Position numbers and translations under genes: made by a program. Below, one piece after another: positions 6,863 through 18,183 of a stretch of 30,694 nt of DNA (the first letter of the stretch is position 1; each line of letters begins with the position of its first letter). A model generated the notes under the pieces. It saw only the letters and a program-made list of their open reading frames with translations. It ran no database searches and was not told the origin of the DNA. Origin of the DNA: a virus (lineage: Duplodnaviria; Caudoviricetes); IMG/VR virus record IMGVR_UViG_3300038674_000061, positions 1 through 30,694 of that record. The stretch is one strand, 5' to 3'.

Positions 6863-8932
6863 ATGGTAGATTTTAATAAATAGATCAAAAATAGTAATAA
6901 GTTTAGAGAAGCCTGTCTTAGATACCAAAAGACAGGCTCTTATTGTATGTACCCATCTGGTACAACAGAATTTTATGCATTTTGGGATGAAGAAAAACGT
7001 AGATGTATAGAAGGTTATACAGCGTAGGATGGTGAATGGATAAGTGGTTATAATTATTTCTATTTAAACTATTGCCCAATTGTTCGTATTGTTATTGAAA
7101 CCTACAAAGATAAACATGGTAATACGAAAGAACGTCGTACTCGTAAAAGTGAATTTCCAGACTTTTATGACTACGACTATTACTTTTATAATGGTATTGA
7201 AGAGGCAGAAGAAGCTGGTAAACATATGTGTGTACTCAAGTCAAGACGTAAAGGTTACTCATATAAATGCGCCAGTATGGCTTGTCGTAACTATTACATG
7301 TTACCGGAATCTAAATCATATATATACGCATCTGATCAATAGTATTTAACTGGTGACGGTATTATGACTAAAGTAAGTTCATATATGGACTTTATAGACA
7401 GTCATACAGCATTTGCAAAGAAACGTCTAATCAATAAAGTACTCCATAAAAAAGCTGGTTATAAGATTAAAGATGAATACGGAAATGAAGTAGAGGTTGG
7501 TTACAAGTCAGAGATCATTGCGGTATCATTAAAAGATGATCCAGATAAAGTTCGTGGTAAAGCTGCAAAGTTAATCATGTTTGAAGAAGCTGGTTCTTTC
7601 TCTGAATTAGGTGCAGCATGGTCTATTGCTAGACCTTCTGTAGAGTAGGATGGTGTTGCGTTTGGTTTAATGATAGCCTTTGGTACTGGTGGTGATGCGA
7701 GGAGTCATAACTTTGCCGCACTAAAAGATATGTTTTATAATCCCGATGGATATAACTGTATATCATTTTAGAATATATGGGATGAAGCTGCTAGTAAACC
7801 TTGTGGATTCTTCTGCCCATAGTACACTAATTTAAATGTTACAGAGAACTGTGTACGTCTGTATATGGATGATGATGGTAATACTTACCGTAAAGCCGCT
7901 CTTGATTATATACTTTCATTACGACAATAGGTTGTTGAAAATGCATCAAATAGTGCCACTGTAGATAGGTATGTTGCTGAAAATGCAATAACTCCAGCAG
8001 AAGCATGTTTGGACTTTAATGGTAATATATTCCCTAAGAAGGAATTACAAATGCATCTAGCTACAATACGTACAAATAAAGCATTGACTAATCATAAACA
8101 AGTTGGTGATTTATCATTTAATGCTGATGGTACGATACGTTGGACACCTAAGAAAGTTGGTGATATTGTTAGGTATCCTTTAAATAAAGACGATGATCCT
8201 ACAGGATCCATAGTTATATGGGAACATCCAGTAAAAGATGCGCCATTTGGTCTATATATAGCTGGTATTGACAGTTATGACTATGATCAATCTGGTACTA
8301 ATTCATTAGGTTCATGTTTTATATACAAACGCTTCTAGAACTTTGAATAGTACTATGATATAATCGTTGCTGAGTATACTGGTAGACCAGAAACGGCTGA
8401 GGTATTCTATGAAAATATACGTAAGTTATTACTGTATTATAATGCTAGAGCAATGTATGAAAATCAGAATAAAGGTTTATTTACATATTTTAGTAATAAA
8501 CATTGTGATTATCTATTAGCAGATCAACCAGATATACTACAGGATATTGTTGGTAATACCAAGGTGCAGCGTAAGAAAGGTTGTCATATGAATAAGGAAA
8601 TCAAAGCATTTGGTGAAGGTAAAATAAAGGATTGGCTTAATGAAGAATACGCACCAGGTTAGAAAAATCTAACTAAGATATTATCTGAACCGCTATTAGA
8701 AGAATTGATAAGTTATAATAGTACAGGTAACTTCGATAGATGTATGGCGTTGATTTAGCTTATGATATATAAAGAACAACTGTATAATACAGTTGTTAAA
8801 GAAAAAGTCAGAGAATATAAAGAAACTCAATTATTCGATGGGCCTATATTTACGAATGATTGGTTTTAGGATGATGTTGTGTATAATCACACATCAGATG
8901 AAATAATAACGTATACGTTTAATAATTTATGA
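6863..8932 (+). CDS. terL: Terminase large subunit, 689 aa, about 12 in-frame TAG
   Basis: Single frame joining track ORFs 7364, 8009 and 8453; Walker A KSRRKGYS, Walker B LIMFEEAG, FGTGG, nuclease YIAGIDSYD and NFDRCMAL; ends at TGA overlapping the portal ATG. Confidence 0.93.
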
Positions 8933-11406
8933 GAGAAGTAAATACATTTCCAGTACAAAAACTACCGATGTCTAAAAAGACATAGGAATGGAAAGAAAGT
9001 TGTGTAGACTATATTATTGATCGTGGTTTCATTACAGGCAATGGCGAAACTAGAAGTAGGATTGATGAAATGAAAACATATTACGATTTATATAATAGTG
9101 TGTACAATGAAAAAGATTTAAAATACGTAACAAATCCATTTAAACAAAATGATGGATTTCCTGCAACAGCTTAGGATTATAATATAATTAAACCAAAAAT
9201 AGATTTACTACTTGGTGAAGAAACAAAACGTCCATTCAATTTTAAAGTAGTTAGAACTAGCGACATTGCCGCTGGTGAGGTATAGAATAAAGCTAAGGAG
9301 ATGCTACAAGACTATGTAATGGCTAACATTATGAGTAGACTTGGTGAATAGGAAAAACAACGTTACGAAGAAGCATTGGCTTCTGGTGAGATAATGACTC
9401 CAGAAGAAATATAGAAATATTTAACAAAAGACTACAAGGATATTGCAGAAATAACCGCACACCACTCATTGAACTACTTAAAAAATAAGTTGAACTTACA
9501 GCACGAATTCTTCAAGGGTTGGAAAGATGCATTGATTGGAGGAGAAGAAGTATATTATGTTGGTATACTAAATGGTCAACCGTATATGGAGAGAGTTAAC
9601 CCAATCGATATTGGTTATGATCAAACATCTGAATTAGAGTTCCTTCATGAAGCAGATTGGTGTTGCAGAAAGATGGTAATGTCAGCAACTGAGATATATG
9701 ATAGATTCTATGATAAGATGTCAGAAAAACAACTCAATGAACTTATAGATCTTATTAATGATGTACCGTATAGTGGTTTAAGTCCAGAGTTAAGAAAGAA
9801 TAACACAGATTATCCTCATATCAAACTACATAATCTAAATAAATTCAGTAGCAATCCATTTGAAAATGGTAATACTATTAATGTATGGCATTGTTGTTGG
9901 AAGTCATTTAAGAAGATTGGATTTGTTACAGTTTATGATCCAGAGATAGAAGATTCAAGAGAATACTAGGTAGATGAGACATATCATGAAACCGGTTATG
10001 AATTGAATATGGAATGGGAGTGGATTATAGAAGTATGGGAAGGTTATCGTGTTGGTGAAGATTTATATATTGGTATACAACCGTTGGAATATCAACATAT
10101 ATCTTCTGAAAATATAAATTCACAAAAATTACCATACACAGGTGTAATTTATAATAATACAAACAGTAAACCAAAATCACTTGTTAGTATGATGAAACCA
10201 TTGCAGTATATGTATATTGTATTATGGTATCGTCTAGAATTAGCAATGTCTCGAGATAAAGGTAAAATTATTAATATGGATATAACACAGATACCAAAAT
10301 CTATGAATATTGATGTTAATAAATGGATGCATTATTTATCTGCACTTGGCGTTAATTTCGTCAATCCTTATGAAGAGGGTTGGAATATACCTGGTAGAGA
10401 AGGTGGTAAACCATCACAGTTCAATCAAATTGCTGCTGTAGACTTAACCATGGCAAACGTTATGCAATAGTATATCATGTTAATGGATAAGATTGAGTCA
10501 ATGGTTTCTGAAATAACTGGTGTAAGTAAACAAAGGGAAGGATCTATAGCATCTAATGAATTGGTTGGTAATGTTGAAAGATCGGTAATACAATCTGCTA
10601 ATATTACAGAACCTTTATTTTGGATGCACAATCAAGTAAAGAAAGAAGTATTGAATATGTTATTAGATACAGCAAAAGCAGCATGGAAAGGTAATAAGAC
10701 TATGTTACAATATGTATTTGATGATGCTACTAGAGCTTTCTTAACTTTATCTGAAGATTTCTTCTACGAGGATATGGATATATTTGTAGATGATTCTACT
10801 AAGAATCAACAACAAATAGAAGCGCTTAGGAATCTAATGCAACCAGCTATGCAAAATGGTGCTAGTCTATTGGATATTGCTGAAATAATCACTATGGACA
10901 ATGTAACTATGATTAAAAATAAATTATAGGATATTGAACAGAAGCGTATGGAACAGCAATAGGCAATGGAACAGCAACAGATGTAGCAAGAAGCACAATT
11001 GCAACAAATGGCTAATCAAGTTAAAGAAGAAGAGCTTATGCTTAAAGAAGCTGAAATGGATCTTAAGAAGTATGAAATAGATTCTAATAATTCTACGAAG
11101 ATCACAGTGGCCCAATTAAATGCATACAGAGGTACTGAGGATATGGACCAAGACGATAACGGTGTACCAGATCCAATGGAGATAGGTAGACAAGCTTTAA
11201 CTGATCAGAAACAAAAATCTGACGCATACTTAAAATAGAGAGAACAAGATATTAAAAATGATCTCGAGAAGAAGAAAATACAATTAGAGGAAAAACGTAT
11301 GAACTTTGAAAAAGAATTACAATCACAAAAAGATAAAGCTGCAATGGATCGTGAATAGCTTAAAGCCAAAACAGCTTTAAAGAATAAGGTTGTAGGGTAG
11401 AAATAA
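8929..11406 (+). CDS. Portal protein, 825 aa, about 13 in-frame TAG
   Basis: Single frame joining track ORFs 9469, 10003, 10477 and 10999; YNIIKPKIDLLLGEE, WEGYRVG, ITGVSKQREG motifs; Gln-rich coiled-coil C-terminus; follows terL. Confidence 0.9.
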
Positions 11407-11416
11407 AATTAAACAA

Positions 11417-12184
11417 ATGGATAGATAGGCGTTTAAAAATAGGATGCAGAAACTAAAGTCTTACCGGGAGAATAATCCAGGTAAAGGCTATTGGGATTGG
11501 AAATTACAGAGTTTTGCAGATGGAGGAGAAACTGATAGTAAAATTATAGATACATTAGATCCCTCTATAGTAAAGGATAGTAGAGGAATAAGTCTAAAAT
11601 AGACTATAGAAAATTTTCACAATACGTTTCCCAATGAATCTGAAAGTAGTCTTAAACCGCTTATAGATGGTGAGAAAGAATGGTACGACTATCTTATTAC
11701 TGAGGGCAAAGGATATGTTGATGCTGGTTAGCTTCCAGAAGTAACTATAAAACCAGATCAGATATATACCTATTTAGATACATATTATCCCGTTACTAAT
11801 GAATAGTATAAATATACAGGTCACAGTACACTAACACATGATGATTGGTGTATAAGCAAAGGTGGAAGAAATAAGGGTTATAATTTAGTAACAAATAATT
11901 GTGCAGATGCTACTCTTGAGGCTTTATAGTTAATATCTGGTAAAAAAGCAAATCCATTTTTATTTACTACTCCTGGTGATGTTAGAGATTTTGCTTTAGA
12001 AGAATTGTCAGGAGAAGTAGTGCAGGATCGTAAAGGGCATACTAGAGTTAGAATACCAATAAATGTTGCTCAAAGTAAGAAACTGCGTGAATATATTACT
12101 TTAGGTAAAAGATAGCGTGAATTTGCAAATGGTGGAGAAATACCTCAAAATAAAATATACAATTATGGGATGCAAAGGTGGTAA
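11417..12184 (+). CDS. 255-aa protein (6 TAG) with a His/Cys papain-like peptidase motif between FA[D/N]GGE repeats
   Basis: Manual translation with no TAA/TGA; motifs TGHS, YNLVTNNCADA, FTTPGDV. Entirely absent from the ORF track. Confidence 0.75.
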
Positions 12185-12212
12185 GAAAAGTGGAAAAGGC
12201 ACTAAAAAGTAA
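12165..12212 (+). CDS. Possible 15-aa basic micropeptide MGCKGGKKSGKGTKK
   Basis: AATTATG start context like neighbouring genes; strongly Lys/Gly-biased; ends TAA TAA. Confidence 0.4.
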   Translation: MGCKGGKKSGKGTKK

Positions 12213-12241
12213 TAATTAATTAAAATTCTAATTACACAATT

Positions 12242-13462
12242 ATGGAAAAAGATAAAGACACATTGAATGGATTTCAAGCATTTTTTGATACAATGAATCC
12301 TAATGTAGGAAAAAATGATAATGATAAGATAGATTTATCTTAGAATGAACCGTTGACTGACGAGGAACTAGAAGCTATACGCAAAAATAGTAAACCGGAA
12401 GATCAACCAAAAGCAGGTAAGAGTAAAGGTAAAACTCAAAAAGAAGATATTATCGCAGACGACGAAGATGATGATGAAGAAGTCATTGATGTTAAAGACG
12501 ATGATGACGACGACGAAGAACCTGTTAATAAAAAGGAAACAAAAAAAGATAAGAAAGACAAATCAACTAAAGAAGAAGATGATAATTCTGAGGAAGATGA
12601 TGACGAAGATGAACCAGCATTTGATGAAAAAAATGTAGTTACTGGATTCTTTGAAGTTCTTTCTGAAAAACTAGGTTGGTCTATAGACGAAGATGATGAG
12701 ATTCCATAGACAGCCGAAGAATTAGTAAAATACTTCCAAGATATTATTGAAGAAGAATCTAAGCCAACTTACGCAAATGATGAAGTTGCACGTTTGGATG
12801 AGTATGTTAAGAATGGTGGGGATATTAAAACTTATCTTAAGATTGATGCTGAACTAAACTTAGATGAAATTGAAATAGAAGATGATGAGACTAATCAAAA
12901 ATTAGTTTTAAAAGAATTCCTTAAAGAAAAAGGATTTAGTTCAAAATCTATTGAAAAGAAACTTCAAAAATATGCAGATGCTGGTTTACTGGAAGATGAG
13001 GCTGAAGATGCTTTAGAAGCATTAAAGGAAATCAAAGAGCAAAAGAAAGAACAGCTATTAGCTGATCAGAAAAAGCAATCTGAGGAACAAGCTAAACGTC
13101 AACAGGAGTTTTTCAATACCGTTGTTTCTGAAATAAAAGGGCTTGACAATATTCGAGGTATCAAAATACCCGAAAAAGATAAAAAAACATTAATGGACTA
13201 TATGTTCAAGCCAGATTCTGATGGCGTAACTAAATATCAAAAAGATTACGCAAAGAGTCCAAAGAACCTAATTGAATCAGCTTACTTCACAATGAAAGGT
13301 GATGCACTGATTAATATTGCTAAAAAAGAAGGTAATAAAAATGCATTTGATAAATTCAAATCAAATCTTAAAAGTAGCAATGTAAGTAAAAAGTCAAATA
13401 AAGAAATTAGGTCTGATAGCGATAACATATGGTCTAAATTAGCACAACAACTTAGAGCATAA
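12242..13462 (+). CDS. Acidic scaffold-like protein upstream of the major capsid gene, 406 aa, 2 TAG
   Basis: Joins track ORFs 12353 and 12794 through TAGs at 12341 and 12707; Asp/Glu-rich N-half and helical C-half; canonical position. Confidence 0.8.
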
Positions 13463-13513
13463 GAGTTGTAATTAATTACTAACTAAAATAAAATTTAAAA
13501 TTACTAGTATTTT

Positions 13514-14986
13514 ATGGATAATAATATTCTAAATAATCTCGTACTTTACAAAGGAAAATGGTTTAGCGATCTTATTGACACTGCAAAGATTTCAGTAGCT
13601 TCTCAGCAAAACCCTTATCAAGTTTCATAGGTATTGTCTTACGTATTTGGTACAAAAGACAATGGTTATTCTACTTCCATTGACATGCTTACTGGCGGTC
13701 TTGGTAACGTAATGACTATTGATCAACCAAGTTGGGAATGGCAAGTAATGATTGATGCAGATAGAGCTGTAACAATCAGAGACGCTAAATGGAACGGAGC
13801 TTCTATCACATCCACATCTACAGCAGGTTTAGGTAATACACCTATCTTGTTATGGTTGGAAGATAACTGGTTCGGTCCTGGTGCAATCCTTGAATTTGAT
13901 AATAAAGATTTCCAAGTACGTGTATCTGGTGCACCTTACCAAGATGGTAACTTGTACGTATACACATGTTTCATGGCTGATGGTAATCCAGCATCTTACG
14001 TACCTGCTGAATACCTTGAAGCTGGTAGACAAGTATCTCGTCTTGCTTCTGCTTATGAAGAATACTCAGAAGAATCAGATATCTTGAACTACAATACTCA
14101 TTTCAAGATGCGTAACTATTTAACTACAGTTCGTTTGTCTTACGATATTACAGGTTCTGCATTCTCTACAGTTATGGCTGTAGCTTTGAAAGATCCTAAA
14201 TCTGGCAAGACTTCTTATTTGTGGTCAACATTCCAGGAATGGAAAGCTATGCGTGAATGGTATAAGAGATGTGAACGTTTTGGCGTATACGCTAAATCAA
14301 ACGTAAACAAAGATGGTTCTTGTAACCTTAAAGGATCTAATGGACGTCCTGTATTTATTGGCGCTGGTCTTTTGGAACAAATCGCTCCATCTAATAGACG
14401 TTATTACACGAAATTAACTGCTGAACTTTTGGAAGATTTCTTAGCTGACCTTTCTTACAATGTACTTGGTACCAACGAACGTAAATTCATCGCTCTTACT
14501 GGAGAAATGGGTATGCGTGAATTTGACCGCGTATTGAAAGAAAAAGTAACTCAGATGAATCTTATGGATACAGTCTTTGTTACAGGTTCTGGAGATAATC
14601 TTACATTTGGTGGTCAGTTCAAGACTTACAAAATGACTAATGGTATCGAATTAACGTTGAAGTATTTCCCGTTGTATGATGATACTACTTATAACCGTAT
14701 GTTACACCCAGTTTCATTGAAACCTTTGGAATCATATCGTATGACTTTCATCGATCTTGGTAGACGTGATGGTGAAGCTAACTTGGTTAAAGTTGTTCGT
14801 AAAGATCGTGAGTTCGTTAACTGGTCAGTTGCTGGTGCTGTAGCCCCAAGTGGATATGGTAAGAGCACAAGTGATCTTAGAGCTAATGCTAAGGACGGTT
14901 ACTCTGTAAACTTCCTCGGTGAAATGGGTTGGTTCTTACGTGATCCACGTGGTTGCGGTGAATTGATTTGCGACGCTGAAGCATAA
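13514..14986 (+). CDS. Major capsid protein, 490 aa, one TAG at codon 39
   Basis: ATG 13514 in frame with track ORF 13634; size, position, biased codon usage and crAss-type motifs (YEEYSE, MRNYLTTVRLSYDITG, IGAGLLEQI, HPVSLKPLESYRMTFID). Confidence 0.9.
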
Positions 14987-15006
14987 TAAAAATAAGTTAA
15001 AGGGTT

Positions 15007-15024
15007 GTGGCACAATAGTGCCAC
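15007..15024 (+). other. Hairpin after the capsid gene (no U tract); possible RNA stability/processing element
   Basis: GTGGCAC-AATA-GTGCCAC, imperfectly extendable. Confidence 0.5.
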
Positions 15025-15071
15025 TACTCATTTAACAAACTAACAGTATTCATACTAATTAAATTATAATT

Positions 15072-15824
15072 ATGGAAGTAATAGTTAGAATTATAAAATC
15101 GAATCCTTGGACAGGGCTCACCAAATGGAGTAAATGTTTCGATTATTTGAGCCCATATTACACAAGAACTGGTAATTATTATACCGGACTTACGCCACAA
15201 TAGGCAACTGAATTTGAAAAGAAATTAGGTTATCCTGAAGGACACCTTTCTGTAAACAGTGATTTTTGGACGACTTTTGTTATAAAGTTAGGTAAAGAAG
15301 ATCTAGTACTCAACACCGAAAAACCATTAGACGAATTGCGTTATTTATTCTTAAAAGGACATAAACGTGTAGCAGATGGTTTATCAAACATTAATCCAAG
15401 TAAGGATTATGTATTGATTAATAAAGATGTTGAAGCAGAAGAAGCGAACAAGATTAACAAAATTAAACGTGAAGCATACCGCAATTTTGATAAAATGTCA
15501 ATAGAGGATATGCGTAAATGTTTACGTTTATATGGATTACGTGCAGATGACATGTCTAATGAATTAGTTGAAGCTAAGATGTCAGAGCAGGTTGAAAAAG
15601 ATCCAGCAAGATATTTATTGAAATGGGTTAATAATGATGAAAAAGAACTTATGTTTATCATCGAAGAAGCTGTTGCAAAAAATATTATTAGAAAAAATAG
15701 AACTCAATACTTTTACGGTACAGACATGTTGGGTAATGGTATTGATGATGTAATCTCTTACTTAAAAGAGAAGAAGAATCAAGATATCAAAATGACTATC
15801 TTACAAGAAATAAAATCTAAATAA
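15072..15824 (+). CDS. Capsid-module protein following MCP, 250 aa, one TAG
   Basis: ATG 15072 in frame with track ORF 15336 through TAG 15201. Confidence 0.8.
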
Positions 15825-16513
15825 TGACAATTAACGAACTACATATAGCGTTTAAAGTTGCAATGGATAAGAATGCTGCGGGTGTCGCTTTTGGTGGATG
15901 CCCTGCATTTCTTCCATCAGAAATAGACTTGTTCCTAAACTAGGCATATATCGAGGTAATTAATAATAAGTTCACTGGTACAAACACATTGAAGACTCCT
16001 TTTGAGGGTAGTGTTAAACGTATTGCAGATCTTGAAAAACTTATTGCAACAGATTCTGCTGTTACTATTACATTAGATAGTGGTACAAATGTTTTAAGAG
16101 TAAGTGATTTTTTCAATTCAGCTGGTGCAAAACATCGTATGTTTTTCGTACAAGCTGTATTGAATTTTAATACTAATAAATCAACAGTAGATTTAGTTGA
16201 CCACGAAACTGCAAAAAGATTTCTAAAAACATATAATAATGATCCTTGGATAAACACACCGGTTGCAACATTGGAGAATAATAATTTGTTAGTGTTTATA
16301 GACACTTATAAAATGTCAACACCATATACAATCGATATAACATATGTAAAATACCCAATGGAGATAATTAATACAAATGGTTCTACTGAAATTACAGAAG
16401 TGCCGGAGTATATTTTATATGAAGTGGTTAATAGGGCTGCGGCAATTGCATTAGAAAATATAGAATCACAAAGAACTAATACAAAAATACAATTAAATAA
16501 TATCCAAGAATAA
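15824..16513 (+). CDS. Head-tail ring/adaptor-type protein 1, 229 aa, one TAG
   Basis: EIDLFLN[Q]AY, FEGSVKRIADLEKL and YVKYP motifs shared with the next two genes. Confidence 0.75.
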
Positions 16514-16514
16514 T

Positions 16515-17252
16515 ATGAAAGCTAGAGAAATGCAAGTAGAATTCGAAAGAAGAATTCAATTAATGAATCCTAATTTTGAACTTACTGAAAAGTTAACATC
16601 TGATACAATATTTTCATTTCTAAATGCGTATTGCGAACGCTATGTTAGAAACAATTATCTACAAGAAGATATGGTACAAGATGGCACAAGACAATAGAAA
16701 AAGAATGCAGATGCATTAAAAGGTTTGATTACAAGACAAACTTTGGTTATTGCTACAAAAGATTCCAATAATACAGATAAAACTTCAGATAGAGCCATAC
16801 TCCCAATTAATTATTTTTTATATATTAGATCGAATAGCTTAATATCTAAGAACTATAAATTAGATACGGAGATATTATCAGAAGCTGATTATGTTGTTAC
16901 TCCAAATAAAACAATACGTGAAGACGATGTTGAAAAAATAATTTCAACATATTATAATAAAACTATTTTGAGAAACCCATATGTGGTATTAAATAATGGT
17001 AATGAGTCTGATGCTGATAGGGAACTATACATAAACATTATACATGATGAATACACAATCATAAAGAAATTAGATTTGGTTTATTATAGAAAACCCAAAC
17101 GTTTTGATGTTATTGGTGTAGATAGTCTTACTATATTTGATGAATGTGAATTACCAGAAAATGTACATATGGAAATTGTTGAAGGTGCTGTAGAAATGTT
17201 TATAACTGAAGCTAAGTATAGACTTAACATGAAACAAAATAATAATGAGTAA
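16515..17252 (+). CDS. Ring/adaptor-type protein 2, 245 aa, one TAG
   Basis: Joins track ORFs 16515 and 16725; YYRKP and CELPENVHMEIVEGAV motifs. Confidence 0.75.
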
Positions 17253-17254
17253 TT

Positions 17255-18064
17255 ATGAAATTTATTGAACTACAGGAAGCATTTGAACTAGAATTAAATA
17301 AGTTTGATGATATTGACAAAATACCATCAACCGATACAGAATATTGGTTAAACCAAGGTTTAATCCGTTTTGTTAAAACTAGATATTCCGGTATGAATTC
17401 TAAACATGAAGGTGTGGAGTAGTCATAGAAACGAATAGATGATCTTCGTAAATTACTAGTTAGTGTTACATATACTGGTATGAATGAAGTTAATACGTAT
17501 TATGCTATAGTTACAGGGAGTTATTTATTATATAGTGGTACAAATCAAATAGTAACCGCATTAAATAAAAATGCAGTCACGAAGATAAACGATTCGATAT
17601 ATAGTGTGCCAATGCCAACTGATTATTTTGTAAAATTAGGAGAAATTGTAGGTATAGTTCCATTAACTGGAAGTATATTGAAATGTTGGCCAGAAAATAA
17701 CGGGGAATATATTACAAAATATACTACACCAACCCATGAAACAACGTTAACTATAGGATAGAAACTATAGAATTCATTATCAGAACACAACTTACACAAT
17801 GCAACAGCTAAACCGTTATCATTATAGATAAATGACAAGTTGTGCATTTACACAGATGGCAAATATGAAATAAAGGAAGTAACAATTCATTATTTAAAAT
17901 ACCCATCAAAAATAGATATACATACAACTCCTTTTGAAGAATATACAGAAATGCCTAAACATACTCATATAGAGATAGTTAAGATGGCGGTATTAATGTA
18001 TATGGAAAATAAAGGAAATCCAAGATATTAGTCATATCTCAATGAAGTAGATATGATGGAATGA
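17255..18064 (+). CDS. Ring/adaptor-type protein 3, 269 aa, 6 TAG
   Basis: EYWLNQG, E[Q]S[Q]KRIDDLRKL, YLKYP, EMPKHTHIEIVKMAV; ends TGA 18064. Confidence 0.75.
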
Positions 18065-18065
18065 T

Positions 18066-18170
18066 AACAAGGTAATACTTGTTTTTAATGCGTTCATTTG
18101 ACGTGGAAAGGTAGAAATACTGAGTAGAAGAATGAATAGTTAAACTGAGCGCAAATGTTTAACTTAATAA
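18066..18170 (+). ncRNA. Candidate structured cis-regulatory leader
   Basis: Three adjacent stems: AACAAG/CTTGTT; TTCATT/AATGAA enclosing GGTA-GAAA-TACT; AGTTAAAC/GTTTAACT. Confidence 0.35.
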
Positions 18171-18183
18171 AAATTAAAACTAT

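Noticed and set aside
7080-7349. Plus-strand 89-aa ORF (also 13881-14087)
   Set aside because: Alternate-frame overlaps inside terL and MCP.
12450-12620. GAT/GAC/GAA-rich low-complexity stretch as a repeat array or CRISPR
   Set aside because: It simply encodes the acidic region of the scaffold-like protein; no repeat-spacer periodicity anywhere in the window.
6863-14986. Introns, inteins or homing endonucleases in terL, portal or MCP
   Set aside because: Each gene is one continuous frame of plausible size; no LAGLIDADG/HNH or intein terminal motifs seen.
15007-15024. Hairpin after MCP as an intrinsic terminator
   Set aside because: No following U tract; kept only as a generic hairpin.
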